Origin: Malacoraja senta
Lineage: Eukaryota
Reading direction: 5' to 3'
DNA length: 64,000 nucleotides
Assembly (NCBI GenBank): GCA_038087875.1
Contig: CM075990.1
Span: 3,226,001 to 3,290,000, forward strand
Part shown: positions 12,680-24,470 of the stretch, one piece after another
Layout of the letters: every line of letters starts with the position of its first letter
Position numbering within the stretch: the first letter of the stretch is position 1
Notes under the pieces: generated by a model
What the model saw: the letters and a program-made list of their open reading frames with translations, nothing else
Told to the model about the DNA's origin: nothing
Databases searched by the model: none
Made by a program: the position numbers and the translations under genes

Positions 12680-14830
12680 ACATAGAAAATTAGGTGCAGG
12701 AGTAGGCCATTCAGCCCTTCGAGCCTGCACCGCCATTCAATACGATCATGGCTGATCATCCAACTCAGTATCCCGTACCTGCCTTCTCTCCATACCCCCT
12801 GATCCCTTTAGCCACAAGGGCCACATCTAATTCCCTCTTAAATATAGCCAATGAACTGGCCTCAACTACCCTCTGTGGCAGAGAGTTCCAGAGATTCACC
12901 ACTCTCTGTGTGAAAAGTTTTTCCTCATCTCGGTCTAAAGGATTTTCCCCTTATCCTTAAGCTGTGACCCCTTGTCCTGGACTTCCCCAACATCGGGAAC
13001 AATCTTCCTGCATCTAGCCTGTCCAACCCCATAAGAATCTTGTACGTTTCTATAAGATCCCCTCTCAATCTCCTAAATTCTAGCGAGTATAAGCCAAGTC
13101 TATCCAGTCTTTCTTCATATGAAAGTCCTGACATCCCAGGAATCAGTCTGGTGAACCTTCTCTGCACTCCCTCTATGGCTATAATGTCCTTCCTCAGATT
13201 TGGAGACCAAAACTGTACGCAATACTCCAGGTGTGGTCTCACCAAGACCCTGTACAACTGCAGTAGAACCTCACTGCTCCTATACTCAAATCCTCTTGCT
13301 ATGAAGGCCAACATACCATTCGCTTTCTTCACTGCCTGCTGCACCTGCATGCCTACTTTCAATGACTGGTGTACCATGACACCCAGGTCTCGCTGCATCT
13401 CCCCATTTCCTAATCGGCCACCATTTAGATAATAGTCTGCCTTCCCGTTTTTGCTACCAAAGTGGATAACCTCACATTTATCCACATTATACTGCATCTG
13501 CCAAACATTTGCCCACTCACCCAGCCTATCCAAGTCACCTTGCAGTCTCCTAGCATCCTCCTCACAGCTAACACTGCCCCCCAGCTTAGTGTCATCCGCA
13601 AACTTGGAGATGTTGCTTTCAATTCCCTCGTCCAGATCATTAATATAAATTGTAAATAGCTGGGGTCCCAGCACTGAGCCTTGTGGTACCCCACTAGTCA
13701 CTGCCTGCCATTGTGAAAAGGACCCGTTTACTCCTACTCTTTGCTTCCTGTTTGCCAGCCAGTGCTCTATCCACATCAATACTGAACCCCCAATACCGTG
13801 TGATTTAAGTTTGTATCCTAATCTCTTATGTGGTACCTTGTCGAAAGCCTTCTGAAAGTCCAGATACAACACATCCACTGGTTCTCCCCTATCCACTCTA
13901 CTAGTTACATCCTCGAAAAATTCTATAAGATTCGTCAGACACGATTTACCTTTCGTAAATCCATGCTGACTTTGTCCAATGATTTCACCACTTTCCAAAT
14001 GTGCTGCTATCCCATCTTTAATAACTGACTCTAGCAGTTTCCCCACTACCGATGTTAGACTAACTGGTCTGTAATTCCCCGTTTTCTCTCTCCCTCCCTT
14101 CTTAAAAAGTGGGGTTACGTTTGCTACCCTCCAATCCTCAGGAACTACTCCAGAATCTAAAGAGTTTTGAAAAATTATCACTAATGCATCCACTATTTCT
14201 GGAGCTACTTCCTTAAGTACTCTGGGATGCAGCCTATCTGGCCCTGGTGATTTATCGGCCTTTAATCCATTCAATTTACCCAACACCACTTCCCGACTAA
14301 CCTGGATTTCACTCAGTTCCTCCATCTCCTTTGACCCGTGGCCCCCTGCTATTTCCGGCAGATTATTTATGTCTTCCTTAGTGAAGACGGAACCAAAGTA
14401 GTTATTCAATTGGTCTGCCATATCCTTGTTCCCCATGATCAATTCACCTGTTTCTGACTGCAAAGGACCTACATTTGATTTAACTAATCTCTTTCTCTTC
14501 ACATATCTATAAAAACTTTTGCAGTCAGTTTTTATGTTCCCTGCCAGTTTCCTTTCATAATCTATTTTCCCTTTCCTAATTAAGCCCTTTGTCCTCCTCT
14601 GCTGGTCTCTGAATTTCTCCCAGTCCTCTGGTATGCTGCTTTTTCTGGCTAATTTGTACGCATCATCTTTTGCTTTGATACTATCCCTGATTTCCCTTGT
14701 TATCCACGGATGCACTACCTTCCTTGATTTATTCTTTTGCCAAACTGGAATGAACAATTTTTGTAGTTCATCCATGCAGTCTTTAAATGCCTTCCATTGC
14801 ATATCCACCGTCAACCCTTTTAGAACTAAT
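12680..14830 (-). mobile_element. 5'-truncated CR1 LINE (~2.15 kb) inserted in an antisense V-SINE (12590-12670 / 14830-15059)
   Basis: Continuous RT ORF plus complete 3' UTR. Confidence 0.97.
12925..14830 (-). pseudogene. CR1 ORF2 reverse transcriptase, endonuclease missing
   Basis: [56 protein letters not shown]; the first ~65 aa of the tracked 699-aa ORF are SINE read-through; frameshift near 12935. Confidence 0.95.
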
Positions 14831-15293
14831 TGCCAGCAGCGCTGTCCAACACACACTAGGGACAATTTATAATCTTCACCAAAGCCCGTTAACTTATTAA
14901 TCTGTACGTCTTTAGAGTGTGGGAGGAAACTGGAGATCCTGGAGAAAACCCACAGGGAGAAGGTACAAACTCCGTCCAGACAGCACCCGTAGTCAGGATC
15001 GAACCCGGGTCTCTGGTGCTGCAAGGCAACAACTCTACCCCTGCGCCACCATGTCGCCCAATAGTGAAAGGCCAGGACAGAGTGGATGTGGAAGTGGATG
15101 TGGAGAGGATGTTTCCACTAGTGGGAGAGTCTAGGACCAGAGGACACAGCCTCAGAATTAAAGGCCGTACCTTTAGAATGGAGATGAGGAGGAATTTCTT
15201 TCGACAGAAGGTGGTGAATCTGCGGAATTAATTGTGGAAGCCATGTCAATGGGTATTTTTAAAGCCAGAGATATACAGATTCTTGATGAGTAA

Positions 15294-15497
15294 AGGGCCT
15301 GTCCCACTTGGCCGCCATTTGGGCGTCACGCAGATGGCGCGCAAAGATTTTGTACATCACAAAATTCTGGGACGCCGTGCGCGGCCGCGCGTCACTGCCT
15401 GTGTCATCGCGCACCATGTGCGTATCACGCCGTGCGCGTCGTGCGTCGTGACGCGTAAATGATGTCGCGTAAATGACGGCCAAGTGGGTCAGGCCCT
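15294..15497. mobile_element. PIF/Harbinger-like MITE subtype 1, inserted in a CR1 3' end (15060-15590)
   Basis: TIR AGGGCCTGTCCCACTTGG; TAA/TTA flanks. Confidence 0.85.
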
Positions 15498-15599
15498 TTA
15501 GGATGTCAAGGATTATGGGGAGAAGGCAGGAGAATGGGATTGAGAGGGATAGATAGATCAGCCATGATTCAATGGCGGAGTAGACGCGATGGGCCGATT

Positions 15600-15833
15600 A
15601 CGCCATCGTACACACAAAGGACAATTTACAATTATACAAAACCAATTAACCTACAATCCTGTACCATATGTATTTGGAGTGTCGGAGGAAACCAGAGCAC
15701 CCGGAGAAAACCCACATGGTCACAGGGAGAACGTACAAACTCAGGACCCGTACAGACAGCAGCCGAGGCCAGGATCGAACCCGGGTCTCTGGCACTGTGA
15801 GGCAGCTGCTCCACCCGCTGCGCCACTGTGCCG
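15600..15833 (-). mobile_element. HE1-like V-SINE
   Basis: Antisense head and V-domain. Confidence 0.85.
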
Positions 15834-16237
15834 CTCTACTGAAATGGGGGACGTGGGGATGGGAGCTGAGCGTAGGGAGGAGGGGAAGATACTTGTTGTC
15901 AGGCAGGGAGAGCTGGCAGGCATTCTGCTTGTAGCAAAGCTCACTAACAGCAATCAATTAAAAGACTCAACCAAGGGCAACAAATCTGGCTCCACTTGAC
16001 CAGTTGCTTGGCCCTGCCAGTGCAATTTTTATACATCAGTGATGCTCATGTGCAGGCTGATATCATAGCTCACACTAACCAGCAAAATGGAGGGGAGGGG
16101 ACAGGTATTTAAACAGGCAGAGTGAATATGTCTAGCTGAGTTCAAATCTCACCCTGTCTCTGGCAGACTCGATGCTGACTATACACCAAATACAATATTG
16201 GGATCAGGCCCACTGTTCAGCAGTCGGTTTAAGGTGA

Positions 16238-16557
16238 TAGCCCTGTCCCACGTTACGAGTTCATTCCAAGAGTTCTCACGAGTTTGCCCTGATTCGAACT
16301 CGGAGATTTACGGTAATGGCCACTCGTCGGTACTCGGGGCTCTCGTGGACATTTTTCTTCATGTTGAAAAATCTTCTCGAGTCTTCCCGTGCTTACCTGC
16401 CATTAGCGAGTCTTCCCGAGTACCTGCCGTTAGCGCTAAGAGACGTCCCCGAGCTCCGACGTACCCGCTACGTTCATTCCCCGTGCTTACCACGAGTTTG
16501 ATTTTTTTAAAACTCGGGAGAGCTCTTGGAATGAACTCGTACCGTGGGACAGGGCTT
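16238..16557. mobile_element. PIF/Harbinger-like MITE subtype 2
   Basis: AGCCCTGTCCCACG...CGTGGGACAGGGCT TIRs; TGA TSD; same internal sequence as 19820-20151. Confidence 0.85.
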
Positions 16558-17005
16558 TGAGGCGGGAAAGATTTAATAGGAACCTGAGGGGCAACCGTGG
16601 GCACCTTCTCCCCGTGACCTGCGTGGGTTTTCTCCGAGATCTTCGGTTTCTTCCCACACTCCAAAGACGTGCAGGTTTGCAGGTTAATTGGCTTTGAAAT
16701 GTTAAAGACTGTTAAAAGCTGTCCTGACCTCCCATCTACCTCGCTGGAGACCCTCAGACTATCTTTAATCAGACTTTATCTTGCACTAAACGTTATTCCC
16801 TTTATCCTGTATGTGTGGATTGCTTGATGGTAATCATATGTGGTCCTTCCACTGACTGGATAGCACACAACAACAAAACGTTTCAATGTATCTCTTTATG
16901 TCGTAACAATAAACTAAACAAATGTAAAAAACGAACTAACTGCTATCACAACGTTTAAAAAAACATTCAGACAGATGCGTGGATAGGAAAGGTTTTGAAG
17001 GGTGA

Positions 17006-17525
17006 AGGGCCTGTCCCACTTAGGTGATTTTTTAGGTGACTACAGGCGACTAGGCTGTCGCCACATGGTCGTCGGGGTGTCACCTGTATGGTCATGAGTC
17101 GTCTCCTCAGTCGCCCAAAGAGTGGTAGCGTTTTTCTGGTCACCGCTGGATTTTGAAATGTTCAAAACTTTTCGGTGACAGTCGGCGACCGTGGGCTTAT
17201 CGTAGCTTGTCTTCTCCTGACGTAGAGTGTTGTCGTATGTTGTCGTAGGTTGTCGCCAGGATGGCGTAGGTTGTCACCAGGATGGCGTAGGTTGGCACCA
17301 GGTTGGCGTAGGTTGGCGTAGGTTGTCGTAGGTTGGCGCCAGGATGGCGTAGGTTGTCGCCAGGATGGCGTAGGTTGGTGTAGGTTGTCGTAGGTTGGCG
17401 CCAGGATGGCGTAGGTTGTCGCCAGGATGGCGTAGGTTGTTGCCGGTGCTGACTTCGGTGAATTCCATTGTCGTAGTTGCCGGCAGTGGCCAAAACCCCC
17501 CCCCCCCCCTAGTGGGACAGGCTCT
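17006..17525. mobile_element. PIF/Harbinger-like MITE subtype 3 with internal tandem repeats (17240-17442)
   Basis: AGGGCCTGTCCCACT...AGTGGGACAGGCTCT; TGA/TAA flanks; GTAGGTTGTCGCCAGGATGGC repeats. Confidence 0.85.
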
Positions 17526-17737
17526 TAAGAGGCAAATACAAGCAGGTGGGATTAGTGTAGATGGGACTTGTTGGTCGGTGTGGGCAAGATGGGCTGAAGG
17601 GCCTGTTTCCACACTGCATAAATCTATCACTCTAAAAGGCTTCCAGCATGCATGTTATTTGAAGGAATGTTCGATTACCTGCATGCTAGTTGAGGAATGA
17701 AATGTGGAAATAGTGATTGCTGCCAAATACTATCTTA

Positions 17738-18150
17738 GAGTGGTCACAGTGGCGCAGCGGTAGAGTTGCTGCCTTAAGGTGCTTGCAGTGCCGGAGACCC
17801 GGGTTGGTTCCTGACCTCCGTGCGGAGTTTGTACGATCTCCCCGTGACCTCGTGGTTTTCTCCGTGATCTTTGGTTTCCTCCCACACTCCAAAGACATAA
17901 GGTATGTAGGTTATGTGTCTGCAGAAGGCTCTCGACCCGAAACGTCACCCATTCCTTTTCTCCAGAGATGCTGCCTGTCCTGCTGAGTTACTCCAGCTTT
18001 TTGTGTCTATCTTCAGGTATGCAGATTAATTAGCTTGGTGTATGTACAAATTGTCCCTAGAGAGTGTAGGATAGTGTTAATGTGTGCGGGGATCGCTGGA
18101 CGGCACGGACTCGGAGGGCCCGTTTCCGCGCTGTATCTCCAAACTAAACT
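17738..18150 (+). mobile_element. V-SINE interrupted by a Penelope-derived mini-element (~17918-18013)
   Basis: SINE halves are collinear; insert has a decayed hammerhead core. Confidence 0.8.
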
Positions 18151-18547
18151 AAAGGACATAGTCATTAGAACAATAGAACAGAACAGGCCCTTCAGCCCAC
18201 AAATATCGGTGCCTAGCATGATGCCAAGACTTATCTACCTGCACTTAATCCATATCCCTGTATCTTTGAGTTTAGAATTCAGAGTTTAAAGATACTCATG
18301 GAAACAGGCCCTTCAGCCCACTGAGTCGACACCGACCATGAGTCACACATTCACACTAATTCCATGTTATCCCATTTTCTCATCCACTCCCTGGACACCT
18401 GTGGGCAATTTACAGAGGGCCAATTAACCCACAAACCCACTCGTCTTTGGGATGTGGGAGGAAACCGGAGCACCCGGAAAAAAACACCTGGTCGCAGAGA
18501 GAACTTTTAATCGATTCAGCCAAAGAAAGTCTCCTTGAAAGGTATAA

Positions 18548-18783
18548 AGGTCCTGTCCCACTTTCACGACCTAATTCACCACCTTTTTTACTCGTGGACA
18601 TTTTTCATCAGGCTAGAAAAACGCCCCGACCTACTTGATGCCACGAGTACCTACGACTAGCATCACGACCTACCTATGACCTACTACGACCTCCTATGAC
18701 CTCGTGACGACCATGCTGCGAGTATGAGTCAAGGGCAAACTCGGAAGAGGTCGTGAATTAGGTCGTGAAAGTGGGACAATCTC
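18548..18783. mobile_element. PIF/Harbinger-like MITE subtype 4 (short form)
   Basis: TGTCCCACTTTCACGACCTAATT / AATTAGGTCGTGAAAGTGGGACA inverted ends. Confidence 0.8.
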
Positions 18784-18819
18784 CAACTCATTCGTGGGAG
18801 CCCCTTTGAACGGGAGCCT

Positions 18820-19110
18820 TTAGAGATACAGTGCAGTAACAGGCCTTCGGCCCACTGAGTTCACACTGACCAGCGATCCCCGCACACTAACACTATCCCA
18901 CACGCCAGGGACAATTGACTATTTGCAGAAGCCAGTTCACCTACAAACCTGTACGTCTTTGGAGGGTGGGAGGAAACCTGAGCACCCGGAGAAAACCCAC
19001 GCAGTCACAGGGAGAACGTACAAACTCCGTACCGACAGCACCCGTAGCCAGGATCGAACCTGTGTCTCTGGCGCTGTGAGGCAGCAACTCTACCGCTGCA
19101 CCACCCGTGC
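18820..19110 (-). mobile_element. HE1-like V-SINE
   Basis: Antisense full copy. Confidence 0.88.
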
Positions 19111-19819
19111 TGTCTTGTTGACGTCCTCTCAAAATAGTGAAGCAATTTAGGTGCCACTGAGAACCCCAGCTGTTTCTGATCAACTCACGGAGTTTATACC
19201 CCCCCCTGTATCAATGGTGAAAGCAGGGCGTCACCTCCCAAAGTGACCACCCAGCCATCTGGGCAAGCAGAGGGTAGACACAAAATGCTGGAATAACTCA
19301 GCGGGACAGTCCTGCTGAGTTGCTCCAGCATTTTATGTCTATCTTCTGCAGTTCCTTCCGACACATCTTGTCAAGCACCGCCCCCATCCGCCTGTGGCTG
19401 AGTCTGCCATTCCAACACTAACTTCATCAGTTGTCTCAGAACAGGAGTGCGGTCACCATCAAGAGGTACTTGAGTAGTACGGGTGTCAGATGTTGAGGGG
19501 AGAAGGCAGGAGAATGGGGTTAAGATGGAAAGATCGATCAGCCACGATTGGATGGCGGGGTAGACCGGATGGGCCGAATGGCTTAATTCTGCTCCTTTGA
19601 CACGAACATCAACATAAAACCCAAGGGAAGGCACAAGGAACTGCAGATGTTGGAATCTTTAGCAAAGCACAAAGTGCTGGAGGAACTCAGTAGTGTCAGG
19701 CAGTGTCTGTGGATTCAATGGACAGGTGAGGGTTTGGTCGGGACCGTTCTTCAGATTGAAGGATTGGGAGAGAGAGAGAGAGAGAGAGAGAGACCAACAG
19801 TGGTTCAGCAGTAGAGTCA

Positions 19820-20151
19820 AACCCCTATCCCACTGTACGAGTTAATTCAAAGTGTTCTCCCGAGTTTCCCCTGATTCAAACTCAGAGATTTACGGTAATG
19901 GCCGCTCGTCGGTACTCAGGGCTCTCGTGGACATTTTTTCAACATGTTGAAAAACCTTCACGAGTCTTCCCGTGCTTACCTGCCGTTAGCTAGTCTTCCG
20001 AATACCTGCCGTTAGCGTTATGAGCCGCTAAGAGACGTCCCCGAGCTCCGACGTACCCGCTACGTTCATTCTCCGTGCTTACCACGAGTTTGATTTTTTT
20101 TTTTTAACTCGGGAGAGCTCTTGAATGAACTCGTACCGTGAGACAGGGCCA
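19820..20151. mobile_element. PIF/Harbinger-like MITE subtype 2, in a V-SINE head
   Basis: Homologous to 16238-16557; TCA TSD. Confidence 0.85.
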
Positions 20152-20380
20152 TCACAGCACCGGAGAGCCGGGTTCGTTCATGACCACGGGTGATGTCTGT
20201 ACAGAGTTTGGACATTCTCTCCGTGGCTGCGTGGGTTTTCTCCAGGTGCTCCGGTTTCCAAAGACGTGCAGGATTGTAGGTTCATTAAGTAAATTCTCCC
20301 TAAAGTGTGTAGGAAGGAGCTAGTGTACGGGGATCGCTGATCAAGGCGGACTCTGTAAATGTCTAAAGAGTCTAAGAGAG

Positions 20381-20663
20381 GAGTAGATAGAGAAACAGAG
20401 ACAGATATATAGACAAAGTGCGAGAGAGAGGGTGGGAGAGGGAGAGAGACAGACAGAGACATAGAGAGAGAGGGAGAGAGAGAGAGAGGGGCAGAGACAG
20501 AGAGAAACAGAGAGAGAGAGGCAGTCAGAGAGAAACAGACAGAGAGAGGCAGTCAGAGAGAAACAGAGAGAGAGAAAGTGAGAGAGACAGACAGAGACAT
20601 AGAGAGAGAGAGGCAGGGACAAAGAGAGCCAGAGAGAGACAAAGAAAGACAGAGAAAGAGAGA
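20381..20663. repeat. Compound (GA)n/(GACA)n low-complexity repeat
   Basis: Directly visible. Confidence 0.95.
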
Positions 20664-20689
20664 TAAAGGTCATATATTCACCTTTAAGG

Positions 20690-21045
20690 CAGTGAGTGGG
20701 TTGTGAGTTCTAACATTGGCCCAGGAGAACTAAGTCTGGGCTGTCTGAAAGGAATACTGAGGGAGCACCGCAGTGTCGGTGGCCCTTGTCTGTGGAAGGA
20801 GCTCCCAAACAAATCTAACCTTTCAGGTAAACATGGATGGTTCCCTGGCAATATTTCAACAGAGATGAGGGTCCTTGCTCAGTGTTGTGGAGTGCCTTTA
20901 CTCTGCAATCACCATCTGTAACACAAATGATCTGCACATTATTCCACTACTGCTCATGAGAGCTTGCAATGCAGAAATTGGCTGCTGCCTTTCCCGCTTT
21001 TACAAGAGTGACTACTTTTCCAAGCCATAAAGTGTCGATAAAGAG
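20690..21045 (+). mobile_element. Ancient Deu-domain SINE relic (SacSINE/AmnSINE-like)
   Basis: ATACTGAGGGAGCACCGCAGTGTCGGTGG and GAGCTTGCAATGCAGAAATTGGCTGCTGCCTTTCC...GTGACTAC resemble the DeuSINE consensus. Confidence 0.6.
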
Positions 21046-22004
21046 CGGCGGAATATCAAAGAAATAAAGCATTTCCATCACCGCGCCGCCTTCCCCTTTT
21101 AAATGACATTTCCACCTTAAGGTGGAAGGGAAGAGTGTATCATACTCAAGCAGTGCTCCCAGCTAAAGCTGCTAAGCTCTGTGCCTGACAAACAGTTAAA
21201 AAAAATAACAGCTTTGTTCTCCGAGCAGTAATTTTATGTTTTAACACCAAAGTCAATGAGCCAATCTGCAGTTTATGATATCGCTGATAGTATAACTACA
21301 TTCATAGCCAGGTCATACAGCCAATAGCCTCCTCACATCCAATCACACTGCAATCAGATTGCACTGATGGGCTGGCAGTAAGATGGTTCAATGCTAATAT
21401 CTCACATCTATCTCATCACCGCTGAATCTATTTTGTTGGTCTATGCAGGTCAGGTTTGTAAAACTGCAGAGGTCATCTGTAATATCGGGATTGCAGGATC
21501 GTCACTAATATAAATGTAACAGGTTTTGTTTCACATCATTGTCTGAATACAGAAAAACCCTTCAGGGCCCTGAGATGGAAGGAACTGCAGATGCTGGTTT
21601 AAGCTGAAGATAGACACAAAATGAGATTGACTCCAGCATTTTTGTGTCTATCTTCTGCTTGGCAAGACGGTTGGGTGGTTACTTTGGGAGGTGACGCACT
21701 TTTGCCGTTTATACCGGCCTTCCGTGAGTCTCCTCATAAACGGATGGGCTCTCAGCGGCATCCAAATTGTGTCTTCACTATTTTAAAGTAAGTAAGTAAG
21801 TAAGTAAGTTTATTGGCCAAGTATTCACATACAAGGAATTTGCCTGGTGCTCCGCCCACAAGTAACAAACAACATGACAAACAGTGACAGTTACGAATGA
21901 CTCAGAAACACTAAACATTAATAATAATAAAACATTAATGATAAAACACCATTGATCAAAGCATGTGAACAAACAAAATACCACACAAATTTTGGGAGGA
22001 CATC

Positions 22005-22832
22005 AGCAATCAGAATCAGAATCGGTTCTTGTCATTTGAACATTTAAGTTCAAACGAAATTGCGTTTCTGCAGTCATAATACAAACAAAAAACCAAAACA
22101 CTCAATTAACACAATTCCACATAAACATCCATCACAGGGAATCCCCAAACACCTCCTCGCTGTGATGGAAGGCAAAAGTTTTATCTCTTCTCTGTTCCTC
22201 TGTGCCCATTCCCCTCCCGCAGTCAGCAGCCAGACTGCTGCATCCGAGCCGATCGAGGTTCCTGATGTTAAATGTTTAGAGCCCCCCCCGGCGGGCGATG
22301 GTATGTCCCGCGGCCGTTTAAGCCGCGTCGGGCGATGTAAGGCCCCGCTCCAGGTCGATTTAAACCCTTCGAGTCGGGCGGGCAAAGTTTGCCGTTGCGG
22401 GAGCTCCGAAAAGCGGTCTCCCACCAGGGTCCCGCGAGCTCCCGATGTTACCGTCCACAGGGCCTGCAGCCGAAGCCTCCGAGCTCCGATGTCGGGTCGC
22501 AGCCGCGCGCCACCACAGCGCTCCGCACTACGAAGTCGGCCGGCTCCGCGATGGTGAGTCCGCAGCCTCCGCGACCGGAGCCACAGGTCGATTCCGGTTG
22601 GAGGCCGCCGGCTCCACGATGTTAGGCCCCCAACGACAACAGAGACTCGACAAGGAAAAAGTCGGGTCCCGTGCAGGGAAGAGATAAAAAAGTTTCCCCC
22701 CCCCGGCCCCTCCATATACACAACTAAAAATAATATAAAAACTAAAACCAAGACATCCACTTAACAGGACAAAAAGAAAAAAAAGACAGACGGACTGCAG
22801 AGGCCGCTGTCGACAGGTGCCGCCATCTTGTC
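22005..22832 (-). mobile_element. Near full-length GC-rich non-autonomous retroelement with Rex1-type tail
   Basis: 5' CAAGATGGCGGC (22819-22830, minus); CpG-rich body; 3' AATTTCGTT...AATGACAAG plus (GATTCT)n. Confidence 0.65.
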
Positions 22833-23389
22833 CAGGGTCATCGGTACACGATGCAAGGCGGCGCGGTGTTGCTGCCTCACAGCGCAGAGACCCGCTCACC
22901 ATCCTGACTACGGGTGCTGTCTGTACGGAGTTGAACAGGGTCTATGGGCTTTTGTTGGTCTCTGCAGGTCAGTTTTTAAAACTGCAGAGGTCATCTGTAA
23001 TATCAGGATTGCAGGATCGTCACTAATGTAAATATAACAGGATTTGCTTCACATCATTGGGTGAATACAGAAATATCCTTGAGGAGCCTGTGTAGGAAGA
23101 ACTGCAGATGCTGGTTTAAACCAAAGGTAGACACAAAAAGCTGGAGTAACTCAGCGGGACAGGCAGCGTCTCTGGAGAGAAGGAATGGATGACGTTTTGG
23201 TTCGAGACCCTTCTTCAGTCTCGACCCGAAACGTCACCCATTCCTTTTCTCCAGAGATGCTGCCTGTCCCGTTGAGTTACTCCAGCTTTTTGTGTCTATC
23301 TGGGGAAGGACGTGCTGGCGTTGGAGAGGGTCCAGTGGAGGTTTACGAGACTGATCCCGGGAATGATTGGGTTGACATATAACGAGCGT

Positions 23390-24470
23390 TTCATTGAGAC
23401 TGAGAGTCAGGGGAGAGGGTAACGAGAGGCGTAGATGGTGGTGTGGGGAGATGTAGGACAAATGAATGAACGATACGCAATAAAGTTACAATGATTAAAG
23501 GAAGCTAGGCCATTGGTATCTGTTTGCTAGGTAAGAACGGGATCCTGCTGTGACTTGGGTGGGGGAGGGATGGAGAGAGAGGGAATGCCGGGGTTACTTG
23601 AAGTTAGAGAAATCAACATTCATACCACTGGGCTGTAAGCTGCCCAAGCAAAATCAGAATCAGAATCACACTTTATTCGCCAAGTATGTTTTGCAACATA
23701 CGAGGAATTTCACTGGCCAGGTCAGTCATACAATTAAAAGCAACAGATCACTCAAAACACATTTTAACATGAACATCCACCACAGTGACTCCTACACATT
23801 TCTCACTGTGATGGAAGGTGAAATAAAGTTCCTTTCCCTTAGTTCTTCCTCGATCGTGGGCCTGGAGCCCTCCGTTGACGGGACGATCTTGACTCCCGTA
23901 GCCGGCGGCGTTCGGGCCCTCCGCGTCGAGGCGATCAACTCCTGCATCGGGGGGATGTCAGCTCCCCTGCGGCAGGCGATCAAACCTCACGTCGGGGCTG
24001 GACGAACCTTCCGCGGCGTTGGAGCTCCCGACTAGCCTCTCCCGAGACTGCGAGCCCTTGATGGTAAGTCCACGGTGGTCACGGTGGGAGCGATCCCAGG
24101 CAAGGGATCAGCTCTGATGTTAAGTCCGCGCCCCGCGGTGGGGCTCACGACAGTCCGAGGCGGCTTCCAGCTCCATTGATCGAAGGTCCGCAGAACCCGG
24201 AGAATGTGATCGGAAAATTGATCACATCTCCGGGAAGGTAGGAACCTGAAAAAAAAGTTTCCCGGATCCCCTCCCCCCTCCCCCCCCACAAAAAACAAAC
24301 CGAGCAACATTAAAGCACACTTTCAACAAACGCTAAAAAAAAAAAAATTAAGGTGAAAAACGAACCATGGTGTTCTTCCAATTTGTGTTTTAGGCTCACT
24401 CTGGCAACGGAGGAGGCCTAGGACAGAGAGGTGGGATGGAAAGGGAATTCAAGTGTTTGACAACCGGTTC
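23390..24470 (-). mobile_element. Penelope endonuclease/3' UTR fragment interrupted by a GC-rich non-autonomous element (23655-24360)
   Basis: Antisense GIY-YIG C-terminal sequence (LGSLQPSGMNVDFS) on either side of the insert. Confidence 0.7.

Noticed and set aside
12925..15024. 699-aa ORF as a host gene or domesticated RT
   Set aside because: The N-terminus is read-through from a V-SINE; the rest is ordinary truncated CR1 ORF2 with its own 3' UTR and a terminal frameshift.
22060..22902. 165-228-aa GC-rich ORFs (also at 51299-51734 and 63285-63934)
   Set aside because: Open on both strands because of high GC; frames are not conserved between homologous copies; no domain recognised.
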